Shown here in pieces: positions 40,901 through 52,069 of a stretch of DNA of 64,000 nucleotides. Location: NCBI GenBank assembly GCA_973895155.1, contig OZ316891.1, positions 9,115,875 through 9,179,874 of the forward strand, read 5' to 3'. The first letter of the stretch is position 1. Each line of letters starts with the position of its first letter. This DNA comes from Marsupella aquatica (Eukaryota; Plantae; Marchantiophyta). The notes under the pieces are model-generated. The model had not been told where the DNA came from. It saw only the letters and a list, made by a program, of their open reading frames with translations, and ran no database searches. The position numbers and the translations under genes were made by a program.

Positions 40901-41640
40901 AAGGGGGAATTGTTGGAGTCGCCATTCACGGGTTGTGATTATCGTCTCCACATCGCCAGTTGTTGTACTTCTATCCTAATAATAAGTGTCACAAGAGCCG
41001 AGGACGCAGAACTCTAGCTCAACTACCCCCCCCACCCGAGTCGCTCAAGGTTCAGCGTGGGACTTGCCTCTCCCATCCCGAGATAGAGTTTCTGCTGGGA
41101 TTAGGATTCCAGATCAGTGGACTCTCCTATGTGGATGCAAATCAAGTTGGAGAGTTCCCGTCCCCCAATCGGGTCAACCTACGAATTGATGTTAACTCAT
41201 TCCCCGAACGAATTGATCTAACTAATGTGGACCGTCGGTTGAAAACCCAAAATGGTAAGGGTGCACGACAGCGTTTAAGCAATACTCCAGAGTTGCTCAA
41301 GCGCATCGTTTCCGCTACACAAGAATACATGAGAGTTGTCGGAAATGAGAAGGTAACTACCGGAAATGGATGGGGTTGGAGATACTTGATCGCCACTCAC
41401 GAGACTGATTCACAAGTTCTGCACACATATTGGGTGCAAATCTGTTGTTTCCCTTCGTGTTCTTGTGAAGACTTTTATAAGAGGCATACACGAGGGAAAC
41501 CATACATGTCTTGTAAACATCTGCTGTGGGTGTATTTAAACAAGTTTTCACTCAACCTAGAGAAGGATGACCTTGTCAAACAGCCAATTCTGACTGTTGG
41601 GGAAGTGAAGAGTTTAATTCCGTTACAGATAGGGGACTAG
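37927..41640 (+). pseudogene. MULE transposase with N-terminal Cys/His zinc region, DDE core and C-terminal SWIM finger; intron 39973-40065; in-frame TGA stops ending at 39000 and 40938
   Basis: CAGVLECQNLVC..CGFC..C..HMGFHDH; WVSSDVMRR; FIVDNAEAGWIAIRNVF; AFHFAQSL; GAESVHAS; SWIM CSCEDF..SCKHLLWV. All four ORF pieces are in one frame after splicing. Confidence 0.85.
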
Positions 41641-42262
41641 TTGTTTATTGGAGATGCTAATTATAGGGTGGTGGGATGGATTACTCGAGTTCGTGGTTTC
41701 ACAAATATCAATCTGTTTTCACCGAGTAAATCATAATGTTAGCAAGGTCCATAATTGTAACTTTTATGGTGTTTGAGTTTGTTGTTTAAGGTTAGCGATC
41801 TCTCTAGTCTTAGGAAGTCAGCTGCATCCTGACAGAAACATCCTACTTTCAGACGTGTTAACCTATCGACAAGTTTCTATAGAGTTCACGGTTTGATCAT
41901 TAAAATGACGCCAGTTTTTGGCTAGCGAGATCGCTAGTCTGATCAACGGAATTTAGGACAGGATGTGACATGATGTTTAGGGTTTAGGGAGGGAAGTTTT
42001 CCCTGAAGTTGTTGTGGTAATACTCGATCGAATTGATTATCGAAGATGAACACAGTTCTATACTAGCGATATCGCTAGTCTGGGAAGGGTCCAACTGTGA
42101 CTTCAAAATAAAAGTACTATGTACAAAATGGCATCCAGAGAAACACATAGAAATGAAAGGACCACCCAAACTTTACTTCTCATACATATTGAAAGTACAT
42201 GAGGACATGTGGTTTGCTTGTAACTGCAAAAATTTCAGTAAATCCACAACTTGACTCTACCC

Positions 42263-42691
42263 TCAGGGGCTGGACGCCTTCCATGCATCGGAGTCAGTGT
42301 CTGACTCAGAATCGTAATCCGAAGAGGCGAGGCGTTCCTTGGTCCAGTAGTCATAGATCTCCCTCTCAATCCAATACTGCTCCTCTTCTGCGAGCCTCTT
42401 CCTCTTCGATACAACCTCACGCTGTGTGGTATCCACCTTTGGCTTCGGTGGAGACTTCGCTGCTGGAATTAACTTTGGAGGAGTAGGTGTTCTCCTCAAT
42501 GATGAGGATGATCCAACAGATTGACCGAGTTCGGTTGGGACACTGCTGCCTGCGGAGACCTTCACAGTCTCTGCATCGGGTTTCTGCTTCGGAGGAGAGT
42601 CATCTTCAAGCGGGCCGTCTGTCGCCGGGTTGTAACGACGGATCTCAAGTCGCCATTTCCCCTGAGGAGGATTGCTTGGAACACCAGACAT
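42263..42691 (-). CDS. Third MULE gene, 142-aa unknown protein (S/P-rich, basic KRKR, acidic tail)
   Basis: Open ORF with ATG inside the element, convergent with the transposase; no recognised domain. Confidence 0.5.
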   Translation of the reverse strand: MSGVPSNPPQGKWRLEIRRYNPATDGPLEDDSPPKQKPDAETVKVSAGSSVPTELGQSVGSSSSLRRTPTPPKLIPAAKSPPKPKVDTTQREVVSKRKRLAEEEQYWIEREIYDYWTKERLASSDYDSESDTDSDAWKASSP

Positions 42692-44909
42692 TTCTCTGCA
42701 CTTACGAAACCCAAACAGTGATTAAAGAGAACGAGATTCAACAAATGGAAACACTATTCACGATGAAATACGATGAATATCATGCCTTGTCGGAGAGTTC
42801 TTCCCTTAAAACAGCTCAGAGCATAGACCCGTGCTTACTTGAACTAGATCTGGAGAGTGTTGAGAACTTGGAACACTGATAGCAGTTCCGAATGAAGGAG
42901 ATCAAGTCGGACGCGGTGGAAGTGATCGGGAGAATGATTTGGAAGACTGGTGCTTTTTGGGCTAGCGGATTTGTTTAAGTGGACGGTTCGACGCCTTGGA
43001 TTCGCGTCTGGTTCGAACGGTAAGTGTCCCATTCACTTGAAAGTGACTTAATTAGTGTCCAAACGGCCTTAATCCTCCTTTCCTCGGCAGTAATGACACG
43101 TTGATTCTTTTCACGCGGGAATCGCGCAGTACTTTTTTGTTATTACTCTTCCTCGGGTGGGAATTTTCACATGTGGAAGCCTGTACGTGGAGACCGTACC
43201 TCGTATGAGTGGCTCAATGTGTTGGCATCATTAGACTAGCGATTTCGCTGGCCTGAAGATATGTCATTTTGATCTATTGCGTTCACGGGACTAGAATCGT
43301 CCATGGGTAGCCGTATATATTTATTGATCGAACAGGGTCTCCATGCTAGCGAGGAATATTCCAGACCTTTTTTGGGCCCCAATACAAGGTGACATCTTGC
43401 CCGTGCGAGCAAAAATTCTACTGTTTGCTCGCACGTTACAATTACCCATATAAAAGTATTCATGGTACCAATAGGCTTTCATAGCGCTGCGTCAATTTTT
43501 GTGAGCTCCCCATTAAGCAGACAATAACAATGATTGTGTTGGGTGTAATCTACTTATTATCTTGCTCGATACAAAAGCTATACCCACCTTTGGATGATGT
43601 TGGACTGGTTTAAATTTGAGGGATTGAGCTTCAGGTTGTTTGAGAGCCTATGACAGGTCTTTCTCTTCTTGATCAGGGAGAAGCTCCTTGAATGTTTCCA
43701 CCAACGTAGCAGCCTTGTAGGTAAAGAAACCCAACAACATGAGGGTGAGAAATTTTTCAATGTATGAACTTTGGCTACTCTTTGCTACAATGCAATAGAC
43801 TCTATCAAGTGCAACGCAATTATGCAATGATGAGTGATCATCAAACTTATTTTACTCATGCAATTTTGGCAAAGCAGTTCTCCAGTCTCACCTTGAGTTT
43901 TTTGTTGGGACGATTTGCTATCGAAAGTCATGGTGGAAAGCCCAAATTGGCATCGTTGCTGATAAACCCTTCACCAGAGTTTGTGAACACCAAAAGACTG
44001 TCTATTCTAATTCCGTGAGACCTACAGAGAGTGCACGTACACAAAGTAGCAAAAGAAATGATTGTCAATTGCTGGTTGATTGAGTTGATAATTCCAAGAT
44101 GGTGTCAGGTTGACCAAGATCACCCCAGTGCTCAACTCGCCAGACACTCACAAAATGATTAAGACCTTAAAAAAGGTTAATCATCAAAGAAATGGAGGGG
44201 GGCTGCCAAATAGGTTCTCCTTGCTAGCAAGGTCTCACCACCCTTAAAACCGAGCCTTAAAACATTGGACGGTATGTTTTTTATCATAGGTCGTACATGG
44301 TTCCAAATTTTAATTGACTCAAATTAAATCAAGTAAACATCTCAACAACAACAAGCATATGACCGTACGTAGTTGGGATGCAAAGAAAAGTTCATCATCA
44401 CAGATATGCAACAAGACGGTGGTCGTCACTATAGAGGAAGAGCTCAGCCACCTGTAACAAATAGGACCTTGAAACTGAGAAGAGCAATGGATTAAACTTC
44501 ACATATGAAAGCAACATCCATTGCTTTGGAAGCACCAAGTCACCGGCAGTTTTGCTAGAGCAATGAAACAACCAAATTGCAACAACTTGCACCATGAGAT
44601 TACTTTGAGTTCACAACTCACTGCCCCATAACCTCAATGAAAGTTTCATGAGTGAGTAAGACTGTGTGAGAATTCAGTTCTCATTTTTTCACAATTAAAG
44701 AGTTGTGATGATCAACTTTCATTCCACCTTGGTTTCTCATGTTAGTTTGGCCTCTCAAGAAGAAGGTAATTATAACTGGCTCTCCTCAGCAAAATGTGAC
44801 GGATTCCCAAATTCTCAACAATTGGACCTTGTAGAAAGTGCATGCCATCACACCGAATGAAACCTTGTAGCCAAGTTGTCCCAGTCCAAGTTCTACCACC
44901 ATTCACAGA

Positions 44910-45206
44910 CTCGGGGGTCTCACTATATGGGGACCTCCCCATCGCCTGCGACGTTTTTAGGCCTCGGACCCCCTAAAATGTAAGAAAAATAAATTATTTT
45001 TTAACCCCTATAAAGTTGGAATATTCTTGGAATATTCTAAAAATTGGATTAAAAAGACCCTAATGTTCTTATAAGTCTCAAAATTGGATTTAAAAGACCC
45101 TATTGTTCTTCTACAAAAATTCTTAAGTCTTCCCTTAGAACCAATAAAATGACCATATCCTTCGTCGCACGTGATATGCCATTTTTGTGGAAGTGAGACC
45201 CCCGAG
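44910..45206 (+). mobile_element. hAT-type MITE, copy 2 (inverted relative to copy 1)
   Basis: Perfect TIR CTCGGGGGTCTCACT / AGTGAGACCCCCGAG and 8-bp TSD TTCACAGA. It is nearly the reverse complement of 31247-31543. Confidence 0.9.
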
Positions 45207-46704
45207 TTCACAGAGACATCAACACGCTTTATGTCACACCCTCCTCCACTCAATGGATAGGCACTAATCTTAACCTGAAAGACCATCAACCCATAGCTCC
45301 CTTATCAGTACAATGATTTAATTTATATCATTAATCTAGCATTGCAAGACCTATTTGAATGTAGAAACATTGCATTTCTATCCCACTTCCTTCTACTTTT
45401 CTCACACGCTTTTGTCATAATTATCCCAGTTTCTATGACTATTGTCGCTATTAATGCTCTTAGGTCTCTCTCTATCTATCGCAAACGTTTATGGCAACCT
45501 ATATCCCCATTGCGACTTATGGATTAGAGAGAGTTTAAGTTGTTCATTCATTTATCCATTGAATGATTCTTTCAAGGTGGGAGGAGGGACCGAGGTATTG
45601 TTGTCACAAAAATCTTCAAGGTTGCATAATAGTTGGGGTTAATATACTCGGCCTTCAAAGAAACCTTATTGGTTCTTTCATTTATCCATCATCAAATTTG
45701 TCCACCCTCATACTTTAGGGCACCAAACAGTACGTAGATCTACGAGCTTTGTACACTGTGTCCCTTGAATGTTAAATACTGTTCTTAATTTCCTCACCCT
45801 ATATTCAATCCCAACTACCAATTTCTTCCTTGTCACACATGATGCTACTTCCAAAGATAGTCACATCACTAGTACTATTGTTGGTGCTCATATGGGATTC
45901 AACTGTGTGCACAACTAAGGCCTAGATTGTTCATCGTGTCCACACTCAATTGAAAATGGGTCACATATGCTTTTGATCCAGAGGCGCCATGCATCACCAT
46001 GCCCTAGCATTCCAATGTTGGAAATATGATTCAAGGGGTATTGTGAAAAATTTTCTGGTCAAATTCCAACATTAATTAATTAAATCAGCCTTTATTATTT
46101 TTGCTTCTGGTATTGCTATTGGATTAGCCATAGATCAAGAAAGCTAATCCGAGAGACATACCAGTTCATTCAATCATCTTTGAAATTGTGAACACCACCA
46201 CCTGCAAGGGCCCTTCCCCTCTCCATGGTTGATAGTGTGCTTCTTTGTGGCTAAACCCCTATCTCAGCAATACCGTCCACGTTGACTCCTCCACAACCTC
46301 TACGTTTAAGGAGTCTTGGAAGAGTTGCCCTGACTATTAAGAACACAATGATGCAATACTCTCCCTCTCTTAAGCTCCTTTGCTTTGAAAATCTGACCAC
46401 TCCGCAACCTCCCTTCCTTCCGTTCACTAGGGCCGGTACAGAACTTGAGGAAAAATGGAAAAAACAAATTTGTTCCTGATTGACTTCTCTGAGTAGTATA
46501 TATAAACGATAGTCATTCTATCATTCTTGGGAAAATATTTTTTATAAAATTGAAATAGGACCGCAAAAACCCCACGGCCAAGGGGAAGCAAATAGCCCCA
46601 TAAATAAATAGGACAACTTCCTCCGGGAGGTTGGAAGGAAAAGGCCAAAGCCAAAAGCCCAAAAAAGGACAACTAGACCAAAGGACATAGAATAGGGGTG
46701 ACAA

Positions 46705-48760
46705 CACTAGTAGAAACCGGGGTGTTTTATGACTAAGTTTTACGACTGCCCATGACTGCTTGTGACTAAAGTTTGGGGGATATCAAGCCAGTCGTAATTT
46801 AGACATGGCGTCTTATTTAAAGTGACTGAAATTGAGTGGTCAGCTCTGTGACTTGGGTTTAAGACGCGTTTTGTGACTAATAATGACCATAGCCATACTA
46901 AGGCATTTTTGGTTTACACCGAGCTATAGTCTTAAAAATGACTACAAAGTAGTCATTTTCCTGACTCAAGACGAGGTATGAATTAGTCACAACTAGTCAG
47001 CAAGGAAGAGTACTAGCCTGTTGCATATATGACTATTGCTATGGTTCAATATCGGAACACAGGCGACTGATTACGACTAGTTAGTCTTAAAAGTGGAGAG
47101 TATATGGCCACATTTGTGACCAATGATGACTATAGACAGTTGATGACTTTAGAAATCTTAAGATTGGGCTAGACTGGTCAATCTTATTGGGGACCATGAT
47201 GTAATATATCATAATCGTAACTTAATGACCCAAAATGACTCATTAGTCTAGTTCACGACCATATTCTTTGGCCAAGTGGTCAAAATTTTGACTCGACCCA
47301 AGGCGAATGGGGTCTGCTCATATGACTAAAACCATGACTATACAAGCACAAGCATACAAGTCTTACATGAAAACAGGAAAGACCAGATAATTCTAAGTAT
47401 TTGAATCTTAGAACTCATATTAACTATTGAACACACATGCATAATTTCATACAAACAAAAATGTCACAATATGGGATGATCAAGGGAATCTCAATTGAAT
47501 TCTGCATTATGAAATATTTTGGTAACATTGGCACTAATCATGCATCTGTACTCAAGTATCAGAAACTACAAACCACACATTTCAGGTGTCCCTATGTAAT
47601 CTGTTGGCCACAACACAAAAGAGTTCAATGCATCTGCAATAGTTGTCTGTGGCGGGTCATCATTCAAATTAGGAACTGGTAGAGGGGTCTTTGGCTTCAC
47701 AAGCTTTGTCAACAACACTACGGAATACCCTGTTGGCACTTCTTTGCAATGGAATGTAATTTGCTCAGAGCGCAATTTTCCAAACCCTACACACAACTCA
47801 TCTTGCTTTGGTGAGAACAGTGCATACTCAGGCTGTGCCTGAGTTTTCAATTCCGCATCAGCTTTACGCTTCTTTGCCGCTGTCACTTTACCACTTGCTC
47901 TGGCCCAACTCTTCACCTTCCGAATAGGTCTCCCAACTGCTGAAAGTTCTACTTCTGCTCCAGCGTCCATGGTCACATCCTGCATGTCACCTACCTGTGA
48001 TGGAATTTGTGTCTCCACCTGGCCCTCTGTTTTGCATCCATTGTCACCACCTTTGGCAACTTCTATAACCTCTTCATATGGATCCAAACTGGGGGTATTT
48101 AGTACATTGGTAACCTCTGCAATAACAAAATAGCAAGTGAACAGCCTTATCTCCAATCATGCAAACATACAAAAAAACACATTGCTTGCATCATCTCCAA
48201 TCATGGAAACATATGAGAAACCTCACCTTCCATTGTTGGGGCCATGTTACCCTCCACATCCCTTTCTGTGGGCTCCACCTCCATTTGCTGTTCAATGTTA
48301 CCCTCTAGATTCATCAAATTGGAGTAATGTGGCAGGTCTCTAGAACCTCCATTCCATATTGGATTCATTGTACATTTGTATTGGTCTTCTTGCACACGAA
48401 TAAGCTTTTGAACATCTTCCTTTAATGCAGTCAACTCACTTGCCATTTCACTCAATTTCATGGTCACATCATTCTCATGAGACTCCATACATTTCAGACG
48501 ATCTGATAAATTGCTGAGAGAACATGATCCACCTCCCTGCAAACACATACAATAGAGTCAATCCATTTTGTCTGGAAAGTAATATATGGTCCCATTGTCT
48601 ATGCAAACTACGGAATGTGGACCTCAAAAGACACTAGCTGGTATGAATACTCACTTGGTTTGAAAGATCACTCTCGCCACATTTTTGCGACTGTTTTCTT
48701 GCTTCAGCTCTCACCTCTTCTTTAGTAGGGGACCAATACATCATTCCCTCTTGTAGAACT
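46705..48760 (-). mobile_element. CACTA/En-Spm element end with TnpA-like gene remnant
   Basis: Terminus CACTAGTAGAAA followed by ~650 bp of short TGACTA/TAGTCA subterminal repeats. The spliced ORF ends FHCKEVPTGYSVVLLTKLVKPKTPLPVPNLNDDPPQTTIADALNSFVLWP, a Tnp1/En-Spm-like C-terminus. Confidence 0.8.
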
Positions 48761-48899
48761 TTAGAACCCTTCTAGCAAGGTAACCCATTCATCCTATTCC
48801 TATAGCTAGCTCTACTAGACTTGTAACGCACTGCAATGCAGCCATAGAGGTGACACTGCCAGTACTCCTAGAAAACCAGTGTTGTCTAAAGCAATGAGA

Positions 48900-50420
48900 T
48901 CCCTAGCCTAAGTAGCTAGGCTGATGTAGCGCCCACCAATGGGGAGGCTTCAACCTGCAGTACGCAGGTTAGTCTCTATTTCCAAGAGGACCAGCCCAAA
49001 ATCAAAGACTCTAATCAGCTTTTTCTCAAAAATTTGCTCGTTCCTTCCCATCCATAGAGCCCACAACATTTGATAAAGCAAGAAAAGGCAAGCAGAGTGA
49101 GTGTGCGTTCTGGAATCAACAACAACAAGGAATTCCAAGCTTCCCCATCCCCTGTCAAACAATTGTCCCAAGGAACTGGACTCCTCGATTCCCCAATAGA
49201 GCCTAGTGTGAGCACATCCAAAGAAGAGGTGCAAGATGCTTTCAATCCTTCCAGGGCAAAATGGCAAATCCTTGAGTCTACACCAATCTTAGCAGCCCAT
49301 GATCCCGTGAAGAGACCACCAACAATCAAGCACCATATGAATGTTTTTGCCTTGGAAGTCAAGTTGGATCTCCAAATTCTAGTCCATACTGTATGCCATT
49401 TTGCTTTCGATCTCCTGCATCCCCAAGTTCTATTCCATCTCTCAAAGTCAGTGATTTTGTCCCTCAAAAGTTCATAAGCTTGCTAGTTATTAATTTGAAA
49501 GGACTTGGATAACTTAGCCCGAGTGTCCACCCAACGCCAATGTCTGGCACCCGGTTCCAGGTCTAGCCAGCAGGATTGACCACAATGAATGGCGTCCAGC
49601 ACGAGTGCACAATGTGACTTACATTCAAAAACACCTCTAAGATATGCCAGCGACAAGAAAGGTCAATCCATACTCTTGAGATCTCAAATCAACAATTAGC
49701 TATATTCCTGATTCCTAGTCTCCCTAATGTCCTTGTGACCTCCTCCAAACAGGCCCCCTGCCAAACATGATCTAACAGAGTCATGAATGCTCCATCTTCC
49801 TAGGATACCGTTCGCACTGGGCACAAAAAAGAGACCATGCATTAAGGCCTCCCAGACCTTCCACAAGCCCCAGGTGTGAGGCATTCCCCCACTAGCCCAT
49901 GGCAAGCACATCAATAACTTATCTTGGAATGTGTAATATTATTGTTCCGACATATCACCTTGTAAAGCCTCCATCCCGTGAGATCAAGGTTAGCTTGTAG
50001 CAAGAGCGACCATTCTTCAGTGGGGCAATCCAGGGCCTTCATGAACCATTGAGTGAGTAGAACCTTAGAGTGAGTGTGGAAGTCTTTGAAGCCAAGCCTG
50101 CCTTCCATTTTAGCTGTGCCATCTTTGTCCAGGCCACCAAAGGTATTTTCTTGTTCCCCTCTTGATTATAGCCCCACATAAATTCCCTGCAAAGCACCAT
50201 CAATTTCTTTGCCATCCCACCAGATGATCTCAAGTGCATAACATGGTAGATAGGGATCGCCAACAAAACCTGTTTAATCAACAGAGTCCTGCCCATGAAT
50301 GAGATTAGTTTGTTAACTCAGGAAGCCAATCTCTTAGCAATTTTGTCTAAACAAAATTTGTGAATTTGATCCGCCCCAAGCTCCAGTCCAAATGGCGCCC
50401 CAAAATAGTTCTCCAGCTCT
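48900..50420 (-). mobile_element. L1-type LINE 3' fragment (post-RT region and zf-RVT), frameshifted
   Basis: GRTLLIKQVLLAIPIYHV..CREFMWG..IPLVAW; VWTRIWRSNLTSKAKTFIW..C..C...ESILHLFFGC. Confidence 0.85.
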
Positions 50421-50443
50421 CCTGCTTTGTTGATGAGGCTTTA

Positions 50444-50729
50444 CATCGTGCCAGGAAACAGGAAAATGATTTCCTGTTATGAGCAAAATTTTACTGTTAC
50501 AAGCAAAAATGAATATAAAAATTTTCTCATTAAATCTCAAAATTTTCAAAATATTTTTAAAAACAATCATTTTTGGCTAGCGCCAGACGCTACTATTACT
50601 AGCTTGGGGCGCTAGTAAAAAATGTCAAAAATACCAACAAAAATTAAAAAATTTCAAAAAAATTCTCATCCATTTGCTGTTTACTATTTTCTTTTTACTG
50701 TTTTCTTTTTACTGTTTCCTGGCACGGTG
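50444..50729. mobile_element. MITE with 18-bp TIRs
   Basis: CATCGTGCCAGGAAACAG ... CTGTTTCCTGGCACGGTG (1 mismatch) with an AT-rich interior; no TSD recognised. Confidence 0.7.
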
Positions 50730-51599
50730 GTTATACCCTTTGTTGATCATGCATTCAGTTTTGCTTAGCCATTCCGGTGTCCGGATGACCGTATTTTCTG
50801 ATAAGAGTATGTTGGCTCTTATGAAGTTAACCTTGCATGCCTATAAATTCTACACTAAAACCAAAATAATAATTCTAGTAACAAGGGTAGTGGGTATTAA
50901 GAAAGGTTCAAGTGAAACTAATATGCTATTAAACCCTATTTCACCATACTTGCGGACCAACACATCACAAAAATTAGTTTTCTTACGACATATGATCCTA
51001 ATATGTCCAAGAGAAAATAAAACAGGAATATCATCTGGACTCTAATTGAGACCCATGATTTCAATAAAGGACAAAGATAATGCATTCCCACTCCCCTTGG
51101 TGCGACACTACTAGATATACTATTGGCTTGTTAGAATCTATAACAGCAGCTGCAAACTGAGCTCCAAAATGATAGGTTAAATTTTGTTGTCTGCTCCCAA
51201 GGGAATGTGTGGTAGGATTGATTCCGTGAACGACAAGGAGTAGAGGACGATGGCATTAAGGAGCTCTCAGCTGAAGGAATGAAAAAGAATTGGGGAATGT
51301 GGAAGGGATCGGCTGATGAAGAGTGAAGGATGTTGGGGATCATTTTGCTTAAGAGGGAATTTGAAGAAGAATCAAAGTTCGTGGTAAGAGCAATGGAGAA
51401 GAGAACCAATTGAGGGGAAAAATGGCTGAATGCAATGGCATTCTGGGTCTTAGCCTTTGAACGATTGAGCTTTGGTGCAATAGAGGGAGAATAAGTGCTG
51501 GAAGAGCAAAGAACATTGAATCATTGAGAAAGAATCAAGGAAGGATCGGAGTTTCATAAATGATCGGGAGTTGTTGGGAATACATCGTGAAAGGTGATC

Positions 51600-52000
51600 C
51601 AAGAAATCTGAGAGGTGTGTTTAAAGGAGACTAAAGCTTGAGCAATGGAGATCGTAGAAGCTGAGATCGGGCATCAAAAGACGTAGAAGTAGAATTTGGT
51701 GTGGGCCTTCTGTAGAGGCAATCGTTGTTATTGGGGAAGCATTTTGAGAAAGCAAAAATGGTCATCGGGATGTTGATGTGTTATGGGGAGAAATTTTGGC
51801 TTGTGGAGTTTAATGTGCAAACTGAGGATATGATCTGATTGAAGTTGGGTATTCCGGAGATGTGTAGTGTTGATGAGGAAAGGAGAAGCGCAATTCACAA
51901 TGGCTGAACAGGAGATTTATTTTACTTGGTGGATCGAGTGCTTAAGGGCAGAATGATTTGAATGAGCATTGGATGATAGTTTTTCCCTTGTTTTGGAAAA
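51600..52000 (+). mobile_element. Highly decayed LINE endonuclease remnant
   Basis: Fragments YDLIEVGYSG and FTW. Confidence 0.35.
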
Positions 52001-52069
52001 TCTGTGGTATCCTGTCATGAAATAAAATAGAGCTCCGTGCAATTATACAGCTGACAAACATTTACTGCC

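Larger units (their letters stand above)
34315..43251. repeat. Dispersed 16-bp palindrome CTAGCGA-NN-TCGCTAG, 8 copies
   Basis: Copies at 34315, 36511, 37734, 40015, 41792, 41922, 42063 and 43236; half-sites at 32904, 32921 and 43346. Confidence 0.9.
32869..43447. mobile_element. Full-length Mutator-like (MULE) transposon, 10.6 kb, three genes
   Basis: 9-bp TSD ATATAAAAG (32860-32868 and 43448-43456). Both imperfect TIRs start with G and share GTGCGAGCAAACAG at the same offset from the end. It encodes a SWIM-containing DDE transposase. Confidence 0.9.

Noticed and set aside
35104-41551. Numerous short antisense or overlapping ORFs within the MULE genes
   Set aside because: Shadow ORFs of the long coding frames.
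32869-43447. Bacterial/phage contamination explaining the ParB-MTase gene
   Set aside because: The gene has spliceosomal GT-AG introns and lies within a TSD-flanked plant MULE.
31247-45206. 300-bp inverted repeats as the TIRs of one 14-kb composite transposon
   Set aside because: Each repeat has its own TIRs and a different 8-bp TSD, and the inner MULE has its own TSD.
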